This document shows, in pieces, positions 19,221-28,191 of a DNA stretch of 64,000 nucleotides. The stretch's first letter is position 1; the number at the start of each line of letters is the position of its first letter. This DNA is from a virus: the IMG/VR virus record IMGVR_UViG_3300035688_000002, positions 36,803 through 100,802 of that record; one strand, given 5' to 3'. The notes beneath the pieces were generated by a model. That model had not been told where the DNA came from and made no database searches. It saw nothing but the letters and a program-made list of their open reading frames with translations. A program made the translations under genes and the position numbers.

Positions 19221-19389
19221 TTTATCTGCACCTCTTCATCATTATCATTCTCAGGGCCCCTAAGTTTTTCATTGAGGGTGCAGGTGGGTTTGTTTCTATC
19301 GAAACAAACACTCTTTCTCCTTTTCTTTCTTCCTTCTGATCTAAGTCTTTTTAAAGAGATCAGATAAAGATAAAGATATTAGTTAGATC

Positions 19390-19418
19390 TGATTCTTTAT
19401 AGAAACTATAAAGAATCA
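19390..19418. repeat. Perfect 13-bp inverted repeat with AAA loop
   Basis: tgattctttatag AAA ctataaagaatca. Confidence 0.85.
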
Positions 19419-19434
19419 TCTCTGTCGTGCAGTT

Positions 19435-19683
19435 TCATTCAGAGTCCTTTACAAACTCATTCCAGGCAACCCTAAAAGTCGGAAAGAGTCCTTCTATGGC
19501 TTTTATTGCTGACTCATAAAGAAACTCTCCGTCTTTGAAACCAGCAGCCACCTCTTCCAGACACTTTCCCTTGAAACATTCTGGACACATCTCTGTAGCT
19601 TTCTGAAAAATAAAATCATAAAAAGCTACCTGAACTCTTATCCAACTTCCACACTTTTTAATTAGCTCACTGTTATCGAACAT
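19435..19683 (-). CDS. Hypothetical protein
   Basis: 82 aa, AAGGAG RBS, CPEC..C. Confidence 0.6.
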   Translation of the reverse strand: MFDNSELIKKCGSWIRVQVAFYDFIFQKATEMCPECFKGKCLEEVAAGFKDGEFLYESAIKAIEGLFPTFRVAWNEFVKDSE

Positions 19684-19704
19684 CAGAGCTCCTTTCTGAG
19701 CTAA

Positions 19705-19735
19705 AATTAGAAGATACCAAAGGTATCTTCTAATT
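19705..19735. repeat. Perfect 14-bp inverted repeat with AAA loop
   Basis: aattagaagatacc AAA ggtatcttctaatt. Confidence 0.85.
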
Positions 19736-19743
19736 GGCTCTTT

Positions 19744-20169
19744 TTACCCCTTCTCTTTGACCAAGGAATTCAAATCCACATAGACTATCCCCGTTGATTT
19801 GTCCTGTCTGCAAGCGTAAGTGCGAGTCTTTTCTAAATCGAACCCCCAGGCTTTTGCCTGTGTCCGAAATGAAACAGCGATGACACCTCTGGATAGCTTA
19901 GCCAGGATGAGCTTGTAGGTAATAGGGGCTCCTTCATGCCAGGGAACCGGGCGCAGAGCAAGCAGTTTGGTTCTCAAATTCCATGCCATAAAGACAGCTT
20001 TGTTTTTCAATTGAGACCCTAACAGCCAATTAGAGACTATCAGGCTGAAAATTAAAAACCCAGACTTTCCTATAGTGCAGACCGGCTCACTGCGAGACAT
20101 AGCTTCTCTGTGTTTGACATCCCTGGTAAAGACCTGGAAGCCAGGCGGGAATAACTGTTCGGTTTTCAA
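19744..20169 (-). CDS. Small beta-rich putative DNA-binding protein (paralogue family with 29270 and 36670)
   Basis: AAGGAGGTG RBS; P..ti...G...fs..W....LLAL pattern shared with two other ORFs. Confidence 0.6.
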   Translation of the reverse strand: MKTEQLFPPGFQVFTRDVKHREAMSRSEPVCTIGKSGFLIFSLIVSNWLLGSQLKNKAVFMAWNLRTKLLALRPVPWHEGAPITYKLILAKLSRGVIAVSFRTQAKAWGFDLEKTRTYACRQDKSTGIVYVDLNSLVKEKG

Positions 20170-20198
20170 CGTAATTCACCTCCTTGTCTGAATGAAAT

Positions 20199-20298
20199 TG
20201 ACAGGGCAGTGACGGACAATGGAGGTCACTATGAGCGAGCTACGCTTCACAGTACCTTGCACAAGGATTTTCATTGTCACACGCCGGCTGCCCTGTCA
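20199..20298 (-). ncRNA. Intergenic structured RNA-like element
   Basis: 11-bp closing stem TGACAGGGCAG/CTGCCCTGTCA, inner GACAATG/CATTGTC, hairpins CCTTG/CAAGG and AGCG-TAGCT-CGCT. Confidence 0.6.
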
Positions 20299-20303
20299 TA
20301 TTT

Positions 20304-23180
20304 TTATCTCCCTCTCGTCTTTATCTGAGTAGGGATAACATCGAAGCCTTCTTTCCGATACAGGCTGAGTCTATAGACGCTGTGTGCCTCCAAATAACGA
20401 TCACCTCTATCCTCAAAGTCATAGATGCGGACGACATTCTCTCCGCTGGGTTTCTTTCTCATCCCTCTTCCAATTCTCTGTAGGAGTTTCATGTGGCTTT
20501 TGCCTGCTCCCGCAAGAATGAGAACCTTTATTGCTGGCAAATCCATTCCCTCATCAAATATTGGGGTAGCCACGATAGCTGGAATTTCATTCCGTTCCAG
20601 CATAGCCAGTTTCTGGTTTCTCTCTTGTGCTTCTGTCAGTCCCGAAACCAGAATCGTTCCGTTGGTCATTCGAGAAAGAAGCTCCCGGGCGTGCCTAAAA
20701 GTCTGAATGAGTATCAGAACCGGCTCCTTTCTCAGCTTATGCAGTCTGGCAATCCCTGCTATGATGTTGTTTCGGTCATTATTTAACTCTATGCCTGCAA
20801 TATATGCAGCCTGCCAGTTTCTGGCCCTCATAAATTTTAGAGAGAAATTCTTAATTCGATATATCTTTGGTGCGGCTGAGAAGCCTCTCATTATCATTTC
20901 TCGGTTGGTAATAGTCTTAATTTCCTCTCCAGTCATTGATATCAGTCTGAGATTCTGGATTTCCTCTCTCATCAGAGGAGTGGCAGAGAGGCCAAAGCGA
21001 TAGAAGGCGTTGATGTTCTTGGACACTTTGAACCACGTAGCGGCCGACTGATGATGACAATTAGAGACAACGAATCCATTAGCGAAGAAAAGATGGTCAT
21101 TGCTATCAATCTCAATATCATAAAGCTCTGTCTCATCACAAAACTGAATATTGGTTATCTTAATCTCTTTATAGAGAGACCGTACTGAAACCTTATCGTG
21201 GGAAGACAACCACGACAGCTTCCGAGGCACCAAGAGTTTTTTGGCCTCTCTAATCTTTACAATCTTTAACCCTCTATTCTCAATAATTGGAACATAATGA
21301 TCATCAGAGGCTATCAAATAATTCCCTGAATTAAGCCAATATTTGAATGCTGGTTTTACAGTCTTCCAAACCCTCTTTACATTAGCTACACCCTTCGGAG
21401 TCAAAACTACGTCTCCAACCCTCAACTCCTTTAACAACTTAATCCCTTCTGGAACGGCGATTTCGGTATCTCCATCAAGACATTCGTCAATCAGAAGCAT
21501 ATCAACCTCATTCCAGAGCCAGTCTTTAAACATTGCCTTTATTTCTTTATTCTTGCTTGTGACTCGATTAAAGAGGGTCTGAACCATGCCTACAGTCACC
21601 CTCTTAATGTCCATGGCATTTCGATGAACCACTCCTATATCTTCATTCAATCTAGCTGCTAGCCTATCTCTTGTCTGATAGAGGAGGTTGCCTCTGTGTG
21701 TGAGCCACAGCACTTTTACTGGGGCTATTTTCATTAAGCCAGCGCCTATTTCTGTATTGTGTGTCGGGATAAAGTGATTTGTAAGATACATATGCTCTGG
21801 ATGATGTGACGAAATACACCGGCACTCTTTTCTTCCCACATACTCTATCTCCGTAATGACACGGCTCTGATGTTTCTCTCCCACTAATACACGTACCCAC
21901 TTCCTCGGAAGAGAAAAAGCTCTATGGGCTAGCTTGCCGCCAAAAGTCACTACATAGCTTCTCTTTCCTTCTTTAAGCTTTCCAAGATATTTGAATTTTG
22001 GTATCTTGCTACGGATACGGCAAACAGCACCCAAACTCTCTGCCACCTCTTTTACATCCATAGCCAATTGCAAGGAAGTCGAGCAAAACTCGACCCCGCT
22101 TCGCCTGGAAGGAGAGTAGCCATCTGTATCCATTAACCCATTAAGCAACTCCATACGAACAGATCCGGAGTTATACTTATAGACATCTGGAATAAATTTC
22201 TCCCACGACTTTCTATTGCACAGCCCATACTTTCTCAAAGCATCAAGAATGACATTCCCTCCACCCCGTCTCTGTTTGGAAAGGACATAATCTACAATCC
22301 TTCCTGACTGCTTCAATTGATATCCTCCCGGCAGCAACCGACGAGCTTTGGAAACAATAGCTTTATCTCCACAAGATAGCCTTATTCCATTCTTATCCAG
22401 GCTACCATCCCCGAGAAGAACACCCAACAGATATGGATGGATGACTACAGGGGCAAAAACAAATTCAACAGGTTTCGCAGGATAAATTTGATACTTGGGC
22501 CTCCCAGATTTTTGAAGATGGCTTCCCATTATAGAATTCAATGCAACCACCTTCTCCCTAATTGTCCAATTTATTCTGCTTCCTATCTTCCACAGATGCT
22601 CTAAGGAACACTCCACGGAATCACCGTTCCTAAAAGTGACTCTATAAATATCCAACAATCCCTGCGGATAGACTCCCGTAACAGTTGTCGAGTCTCCCAT
22701 CGGAGTCAAAATCTCATCCCCAACTTTAATTTTCCCCATTTGCACCGGGCCTTTAGTAGTATAAACAAGAGCATCTAAAGGCTGAGATTTTCCTGCGTTA
22801 GTCGGAGCAGTCAAGATACAGCGTTCCATTGCAAAAGCTCTTTGAATCGCGTCTATTTGATAATCTCTGAGTTGGATTCCCTCTAATTTTAACTCTTGAG
22901 TCACAAACTCAGGCTTCCTTCGAGCGTCGTTCATAACGAAACGGTCTTTGAGCTTATCTGGGAAAATGTCAAAGAGACCGGTAGGGAACGTCTGAGAGAA
23001 ATCATTATAAAAACAGTAAGTCCCATCCCAGATTCTCTTTCTAAACGATGTCATAAACCAAAAGTTAGGCACGGCAAAAGTCAAAAACTTCCTGATGGCG
23101 TCTTCCTCTGAGGGAACGTCAAAAGATTCAATCTTAATGAAAATATTACCCTTACTTGCCTTTATCAATTCTTTCCTCAA
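20304..23180 (-). CDS. SF2 (UvsW/ResIII-like) DExH helicase containing two inteins
   Basis: LRDYQ, APTNAGK|T, LIDE|CHH, GLSATP, FDEGMDLP, QRIGRGMR. Confidence 0.92.
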   Translation of the reverse strand: MRKELIKASKGNIFIKIESFDVPSEEDAIRKFLTFAVPNFWFMTSFRKRIWDGTYCFYNDFSQTFPTGLFDIFPDKLKDRFVMNDARRKPEFVTQELKLEGIQLRDYQIDAIQRAFAMERCILTAPTNAGKSQPLDALVYTTKGPVQMGKIKVGDEILTPMGDSTTVTGVYPQGLLDIYRVTFRNGDSVECSLEHLWKIGSRINWTIREKVVALNSIMGSHLQKSGRPKYQIYPAKPVEFVFAPVVIHPYLLGVLLGDGSLDKNGIRLSCGDKAIVSKARRLLPGGYQLKQSGRIVDYVLSKQRRGGGNVILDALRKYGLCNRKSWEKFIPDVYKYNSGSVRMELLNGLMDTDGYSPSRRSGVEFCSTSLQLAMDVKEVAESLGAVCRIRSKIPKFKYLGKLKEGKRSYVVTFGGKLAHRAFSLPRKWVRVLVGEKHQSRVITEIEYVGRKECRCISSHHPEHMYLTNHFIPTHNTEIGAGLMKIAPVKVLWLTHRGNLLYQTRDRLAARLNEDIGVVHRNAMDIKRVTVGMVQTLFNRVTSKNKEIKAMFKDWLWNEVDMLLIDECLDGDTEIAVPEGIKLLKELRVGDVVLTPKGVANVKRVWKTVKPAFKYWLNSGNYLIASDDHYVPIIENRGLKIVKIREAKKLLVPRKLSWLSSHDKVSVRSLYKEIKITNIQFCDETELYDIEIDSNDHLFFANGFVVSNCHHQSAATWFKVSKNINAFYRFGLSATPLMREEIQNLRLISMTGEEIKTITNREMIMRGFSAAPKIYRIKNFSLKFMRARNWQAAYIAGIELNNDRNNIIAGIARLHKLRKEPVLILIQTFRHARELLSRMTNGTILVSGLTEAQERNQKLAMLERNEIPAIVATPIFDEGMDLPAIKVLILAGAGKSHMKLLQRIGRGMRKKPSGENVVRIYDFEDRGDRYLEAHSVYRLSLYRKEGFDVIPTQIKTRGR
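21060..21482 (-). mobile_element. Mini-intein (141 aa) in Walker B DE|CH
   Basis: Begins CLDGDTEI, block B IASDDH, ends YDIEI..HLFFANGFVVSN followed by +1 Cys. Confidence 0.9.
21756..22787 (-). mobile_element. Intein (344 aa) with LAGLIDADG homing endonuclease in Walker A GK|T
   Basis: Begins SQPLD; YLLGVLLGDG and LLNGLMDTDG; ends CRCI..HMYLT..IPTHN followed by +1 Thr. Confidence 0.92.
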
Positions 23181-23961
23181 GAATAAGTCGGTATTTCTGT
23201 TGAATAGTCTCTCCCCAGTCTTTGTAAGGACGGGGAGGATATTTAATCCCTGTCGGCACTATCGATTTCATTTTCTTTCGGAGATCCTCGGCTGCCTCAG
23301 AAGCGTCCCTATCAAAAGCCACAAACAGCCTCCTTGGGTTATGCTGTATGATTCTTTGAAGCTGTCGGTTGGTAGGCTTCTTTCCAAAGACAGCCACTCC
23401 CTTAACTGCCACTGCGTCAAAGACTCCCTCTGTTATATAAATATCACTCTCATCCGGCATCCAGCCCCATAAAGCCTCGCCTTTGCTTATTAATGTCTCT
23501 CCCTCACCCGGAAACAGCCACTTAGGTTCTGTATTCAAGACTGACCTTGCAGCCCAAAAGACATGAGGGCCTCTTGGATCGGGGAAGATAGCTCTGTGAG
23601 CAAGCCTTATACTCATGAGAATATTGAATCTCTTAATGCTTTCCTCATCAATCCCTCTTCGGGTGAGATAACTTTTTATTGTCCAAGCCACAACAGAGCG
23701 ATTGTCCATAAGAGAAATAAAATCCTGGTCAGGGACTTGCAAAGATGGGAAGCCTTCTACTACAGTCCATTTCCCTCCCACAAAGGGAAATGTGACGGCC
23801 AAATCTGGATAATCAAGCAGTAGCTTTTTTATTGGTCCGCCTCTCTCACAGTAAAGACAGTGGAAAACTCCCTTTTCTAAGTTTATAGACATATGTTTGT
23901 GATGGCTTGACCCGGGATGGTCCCCCAATGGATACGGACATCTTATGACTATTTCGCTCAT
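23152..23961 (-). CDS. DNA primase (zinc finger + TOPRIM)
   Basis: CP..H..FHCLYC, YLTRRGI, ITEGVFDA, AFDRDA, KDWGE. Confidence 0.88.
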   Translation of the reverse strand: MSEIVIRCPYPLGDHPGSSHHKHMSINLEKGVFHCLYCERGGPIKKLLLDYPDLAVTFPFVGGKWTVVEGFPSLQVPDQDFISLMDNRSVVAWTIKSYLTRRGIDEESIKRFNILMSIRLAHRAIFPDPRGPHVFWAARSVLNTEPKWLFPGEGETLISKGEALWGWMPDESDIYITEGVFDAVAVKGVAVFGKKPTNRQLQRIIQHNPRRLFVAFDRDASEAAEDLRKKMKSIVPTGIKYPPRPYKDWGETIQQKYRLILEERIDKGK

Positions 23962-24248
23962 TTCCTCACTTCAATTGCATAAAGACAACCGACATTGGGG
24001 CAAACGCCTTCTGCATCGGGCTCCAGCTCTCCACCACAGAGTCTAATACCACAATGCCATCCCTTTTTGCCACATTCGGATTCCTTAACCTTTGAATCGT
24101 TTAGATTCTCAAAAACCGTCACCCTCTCTTTAGGAATATGCTTCGAGCAAAAGACTTTCACTTCCTTCCTCGGATAGTCAGAATCACTGATATGAACAGG
24201 GATGAGAGTCTCACATTCCTCACATTTCTGCCAGTAGCAGTCACACAT
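23958..24248 (-). CDS. Cys-rich hypothetical protein
   Basis: MCDC..CEEC..FCSKH; AGGAG RBS. Confidence 0.6.
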   Translation of the reverse strand: MCDCYWQKCEECETLIPVHISDSDYPRKEVKVFCSKHIPKERVTVFENLNDSKVKESECGKKGWHCGIRLCGGELEPDAEGVCPNVGCLYAIEVRK

Positions 24249-24273
24249 TTTATCTCCTACTATTTTATTATAT

Positions 24274-24421
24274 AAAGAGGACGAGACAGCCATGGCCACC
24301 TTCCTACCAAAGCAACCACCCTCCGGTGATGGAACAACATGGAGAAGCTATCTCCATTTGTAGGTTGGAGGTAGTCCAGAGCCCACATCGCCATACTCAC
24401 GGAGCCGCTGCCCGCCTCTTT
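24274..24421 (-). ncRNA. Intergenic multibranched structured RNA-like element
   Basis: Closing AAAGAGG/CCTCTTT plus GGCAGC/GCTGTC; inner CCTAC/GTAGG; hairpin ATGGAGA-TAGCT-TCTCCAT. Confidence 0.6.
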
Positions 24422-24456
24422 ACTTCTAACATTTCTTACTATCTATTTTATTATGT

Positions 24457-24491
24457 AAAGAAACCCACCTTCATCGTGGGTTTCTCTTTTT
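24457..24491. terminator. Intrinsic terminator-like hairpin after the sigma-like gene
   Basis: agaaacccac-7 nt-gtgggtttct flanked by A/T runs. Confidence 0.65.
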
Positions 24492-24492
24492 C

Positions 24493-25065
24493 TTACCCTG
24501 TCAGCTCTCTCTGCCATTCCGCTTTTATTTTCTCTGCCGCTCCGTAGGCCAGCCCCTTTGCCCCTTTCACTCCCATTCTCTCCAGTTCCTCCCAAGCCTC
24601 ACTTCTACTCCCTCCTTCCAGCATCTTTCTCATTACCATTTTCTCTATCCAGCCCAGCCTCTTTTCGATTTTCTCCCTCACCATCTTTAGGAGCCTTCGG
24701 ATTTCTGCCTCTCTCCTTGCCCCTCGGCCTTTCTCCCCCACTTCCAAGAAGTCTTTCAATTCCATCCCCACTTTCAGATTCCCTTTCTTCGCTTCCTTAT
24801 TCACGCTTCCTTCTGGGATACTCAGCACACTCCTCATCTTCAGCTTCCATCTCAGGATTTGGAGCTTTGCGACTCTCCAAACCAGCCCCTCATTCATTTC
24901 TTGCCCCCTTGCCCTTAACCTTTCTCTTGCTTCGAGAATCCCTGCCCAGGCCTCATTCACCAGCTCTTTGAGCTCCTGATTTCTGACGGCATCCCTCATT
25001 TGGCTTCTGGCTATCACCGTCACGATCTCTTGGATTCTCTCGGCCTCGATTTCTCTCTCTTTCAT
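24493..25065 (-). CDS. Phage sigma70-family factor-like protein
   Basis: Region-2-like ELVNEAWAGILEARER..LVWRVAKLQIL..VLSIP and a C-terminal region-4/HTH-like segment; AAGGAGG RBS before the ATG at 25065. Confidence 0.6.
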   Translation of the reverse strand: MKEREIEAERIQEIVTVIARSQMRDAVRNQELKELVNEAWAGILEARERLRARGQEMNEGLVWRVAKLQILRWKLKMRSVLSIPEGSVNKEAKKGNLKVGMELKDFLEVGEKGRGARREAEIRRLLKMVREKIEKRLGWIEKMVMRKMLEGGSRSEAWEELERMGVKGAKGLAYGAAEKIKAEWQRELTG

Positions 25066-25119
25066 TGACTCCTCCTTTCTCTCGATTTTGCTTTCAGATT
25101 TGCTTTTCATTATGCTTTC

Positions 25120-25148
25120 ATAATACTCCTATTTTTGCTTTTTGTCAA
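25120..25148 (-). promoter_or_regulatory. Near-consensus host sigma70 promoter
   Basis: TTGACA-17 nt-TATTAT with A-rich upstream DNA, directly before the sigma-like gene. Confidence 0.85.
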
Positions 25149-25378
25149 GCGATATTTTTCATTTTTTTAAAAATAAATGCACAAATTCTGGTCATTTTTT
25201 GCTTTTTTGCACAAAAAGTGGTCATCTCTTTCACTATAGTGATGCCACCCATTATATCTGTGATAATAAATAGAATGTGGAAAAGTCTGAGAAAGAAGAC
25301 AGTCAGAAAGGCAATAAAAAACTGAGGCACAGACAGACAGATGGACATTTAGATTTCAATCTTAGAAAGGGATTCTAA

Positions 25379-25819
25379 TTAGAGCCAAATCTCAAGAGAG
25401 CGCCTTCGAGTCATTCTCCAACGTGTCTCCCTTGAGCGTCTATAAAATCGTAAGATTCTGCGGTCAATGCAGTTCATAGTCTCTCCGGTGCAGCCACCGT
25501 GGCGGGGAGGATCACCATAATGAATCTGATGCCAAACAGTCTTTTTCTCCCGTCGCCTCTTTAGCTCTTTCTTGTGTTTCATTATCCGGTCTCTGTAGCT
25601 CTCTGGATGAAGGAGAAAACTTGCTCCTCCCCAATTAATCTCAACATAAAAGCCCTTCCCACAGTCTTGGCACAGAATCTCTATAAGGAGAACCTCTTGG
25701 GAATAAATGTCTGACGTCAGTTTAGGACTGAATTTTTCATATCTAGGCACCCCGTGGGCATCATACCAGAGAGGCTCTTTATTGATTCGCTTTCTGATAT
25801 CAGAGTATTCAGGCTTCAT
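25379..25819 (-). CDS. Hypothetical protein (CQDC; HYGDPPRH..C)
   Basis: AAGGAGG RBS. Confidence 0.7.
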   Translation of the reverse strand: MKPEYSDIRKRINKEPLWYDAHGVPRYEKFSPKLTSDIYSQEVLLIEILCQDCGKGFYVEINWGGASFLLHPESYRDRIMKHKKELKRRREKKTVWHQIHYGDPPRHGGCTGETMNCIDRRILRFYRRSRETRWRMTRRRSLEIWL

Positions 25820-25840
25820 TCTTTGTCCTCCTTAGAAAAA

Positions 25841-25932
25841 TGGGGCGGGCGCAGGACTCAAACCTGCTTCGAGGTTCACTTAGCCATGAGCGCTTAGCCT
25901 CAGCGCTTGATTCTCACAGCGCACCACCCGCC
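25841..25932 (-). tRNA. Atypical/pseudo tRNA (His-like) with enlarged anticodon arm
   Basis: GGCGGGT/GCCCGCC-CCA, D-like stem GCGCT/AGCGC, T arm GCAGG-TTTGAGT-CCTGC, anticodon stem TGAGG/CCTCG enclosing 23 nt. Confidence 0.5.
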
Positions 25933-25946
25933 ATTATTCATTTGTT

Positions 25947-26408
25947 TCATCCCAATTCCTCGTTATTTTTCTTGGAAGTTAAGAGCTTCCCTTCCACATA
26001 TTTCTGATAGAGCGTCCGTCGCCCATCATACAAATAGCCAAAGAATATCTGGAGAGGAACGCCCTGCCCCGAAGCGACAAGACTCAATTGAGAATGAATC
26101 CAATCCTTGAGAATTCTCCAAGCAACCCTATAAGCCCGCTCATCTCTGTTTTTCATTGAATCCCGCCCATGATAATCCTGCTTGCCAGAATATAAAACGG
26201 TCTGCACTCCACCGGCATTAGCTGGGAGCTTGAACCCTTTGTCTTCGAGCGTAAAAGCCAGCGACCACACCCTGCCATCAGAACCATACTCTTTCATAAT
26301 CGCCTGAGCGCCAAAAGAAGCCAGAATCGTCTCTATTTCAGCTATGGAACGCTCCGCAGAGATGTCAGTCGTATAGTTTTTCATTTTGAACTTTGATTTT
26401 ACAGGCAT
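25947..26408 (-). CDS. Conserved phage hypothetical protein
   Basis: NYTT.IS..RSI.EI..L..FGA..F.LPAN..A.RVAWR.LKDW. Confidence 0.75.
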   Translation of the reverse strand: MPVKSKFKMKNYTTDISAERSIAEIETILASFGAQAIMKEYGSDGRVWSLAFTLEDKGFKLPANAGGVQTVLYSGKQDYHGRDSMKNRDERAYRVAWRILKDWIHSQLSLVASGQGVPLQIFFGYLYDGRRTLYQKYVEGKLLTSKKNNEELG

Positions 26409-26416
26409 TGAAGCTC

Positions 26417-27106
26417 CTATTTTGTCAGTGAGAAAATGACAAAGGCAATACCGGCCCCGCCTCCCACTTTCAAGATTGTGTCAAAGAATCCTGGTTTCTT
26501 AATCTTTTCTACTGTCTTTCTGTATTCCCTAAAAGAGTCTTCAAGAGACACATATTTTATATCCTTTTCTTTCAGCTCGCCACGAAGCTCAGCGATGGCA
26601 ACTTTGTGTCCAGAGGCAGCTAATTCAAAGTCTGTTATCAGTTTCTGATACCTAGGCTCCTTCACTAGCGTAAAATTCTCTGCAATAGACAGTTTTATTG
26701 CGTCAATCCTGAACGCTGCAAGAGAGAAAGTAGCTTCCTTCCTCTCTGCTGAATACCAGACTTCCTGGGTCTCAAGGAGTCTCCTGGTAGCAGTCACAAG
26801 CTCCTCCGGTGCTGCACTCTCTAATCTATCTTTCAGGGAGGCTATCACTTTTTCATTCTTAGCCAGCTTTTCCTTTGTCTCTTTGCTCTCCTTCAGGGCT
26901 TCATCGGCCTTTTTCTCAGCAGTAGCGGCTCTGACATCCCGTTCTTGGATAGATTTCTCGATCGTAGCTGCTACCCTATCAGAGGCTTCTACGATCCCTT
27001 TCATTTGACCCTTGAGGGCTGTGTTTGCTCCCCACTGATAGCCAATAACAATGAGAGCTATAATGATTATCAATCCAATAACCACAAAGAACTTCGTCTT
27101 ATTCAT
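26417..27106 (-). CDS. Membrane-anchored coiled-coil protein (spanin-like topology possible)
   Basis: N-terminal TM, long coiled coil, hydrophobic C-terminus. Confidence 0.55.
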   Translation of the reverse strand: MNKTKFFVVIGLIIIIALIVIGYQWGANTALKGQMKGIVEASDRVAATIEKSIQERDVRAATAEKKADEALKESKETKEKLAKNEKVIASLKDRLESAAPEELVTATRRLLETQEVWYSAERKEATFSLAAFRIDAIKLSIAENFTLVKEPRYQKLITDFELAASGHKVAIAELRGELKEKDIKYVSLEDSFREYRKTVEKIKKPGFFDTILKVGGGAGIAFVIFSLTK

Positions 27107-27819
27107 TTTTTGTCTTCACCCTTGTCGGGCTCCCATCCCTCACCGGTAGTGGATTCAACTTTCTGAGGTTCTGAGTCTTTACTCTCAAACTTGAAATCCC
27201 CTGTTTGACGATAGAGCCTGGATGCGGATTGAAGAGCACTGTAAGCCTCCTGAGTTTGATGCCGATCGTGAGTAAAATGGGATGTGTGAGAGGGATCGAC
27301 AATGCCGAGAGTAAAGCCCTGCCCCCAAGCGTCTTCGCTCGCTCCGAGGAACACAAATGTCCAATTCTGGGCCCTTCTCTTGGAGATGAGTTCGGCGACT
27401 TGCTCTCTGGTAAATTCTTTCGATGCGTTTTCGTGTCCGTCAGTCATAACAACAAAGAGCATCTGATACTTTGTCTTGGTGTCTTTTAGTCGCCTGTCCA
27501 GCTCGATTATGACCCTGCCAACTGTGTCATAAAGGGGCGTCATGGCATAGGGAACATAGTCTTCCATTCTCAGGGATTGCGTGTCTTCAATCCGGGCTCC
27601 TTCATAGAGAGGCGAGAATCTCTCTGAATTCCACTTTATCAGTGTCAGCAAGACTGCGTCTCCCTCGTCTTTCTTTAGGGAGCTTAAATACTCATTGACT
27701 CCGTCCACAGTTGCTCCCTTGATTGACTCCATTGAGCCCGTCTCATCGAGAAGGAAAGTAACGAGGGTCACTTTCCTCTCCTTGCCTAGCTCTTCGATTA
27801 GCTCTGCAATGTTTTTCAT
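27103..27819 (-). CDS. von Willebrand factor A (vWA) domain protein
   Basis: MIDAS-like LLDETGSM, MTPLYD, VMTDGHENAS, FVFLGA. Confidence 0.9.
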   Translation of the reverse strand: MKNIAELIEELGKERKVTLVTFLLDETGSMESIKGATVDGVNEYLSSLKKDEGDAVLLTLIKWNSERFSPLYEGARIEDTQSLRMEDYVPYAMTPLYDTVGRVIIELDRRLKDTKTKYQMLFVVMTDGHENASKEFTREQVAELISKRRAQNWTFVFLGASEDAWGQGFTLGIVDPSHTSHFTHDRHQTQEAYSALQSASRLYRQTGDFKFESKDSEPQKVESTTGEGWEPDKGEDKK

Positions 27820-27838
27820 TTTTCCTCCTTCTATAATG

Positions 27839-27966
27839 AACGCCGAAGACTGAATCGCTAAGAGGCTTGTGCTTTCGGCTGCGCGGGCCTTTAGCTACAG
27901 CCTCGCAGATCCAGGTCGTGAGACTTCAAGAGAATCCTCTTACCTCGTCCCAAAGTCTCCGGCGTC
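27839..27966 (-). ncRNA. Intergenic structured RNA-like element
   Basis: 13-bp closing stem GACGCCGGAGACT/AGTCTTCGGCGTT (G-U allowed), TAAGAGG/CCTCTTA, CTGCG/CGCAG arm with TAGCT in its loop. Confidence 0.6.
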
Positions 27967-27973
27967 CTTTTCA

Positions 27974-28186
27974 TCATTTAAATGAGACAATCTGAAATGG
28001 CGTTTTTAAAGGACAGTGTTCTGGGAATATTTCATTCTCAAGACACTGTTCTATCCGATACCCGCCATTGTCGTCCTTTCTCTCTGCCCTAAACCAAGAG
28101 TCAGGATTGTGACAAAGGATGTAATTCTCGGTTATTTTATGTCGATAGGGACAATGGCTTGGCTCATTTATTGCAGCGTATCTCAT
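27974..28186 (-). CDS. Small Cys-rich protein
   Basis: HCPY..LCHNP..QC..HCPL. Confidence 0.6.
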   Translation of the reverse strand: MRYAAINEPSHCPYRHKITENYILCHNPDSWFRAERKDDNGGYRIEQCLENEIFPEHCPLKTPFQIVSFK

Positions 28187-28191
28187 CGCTC

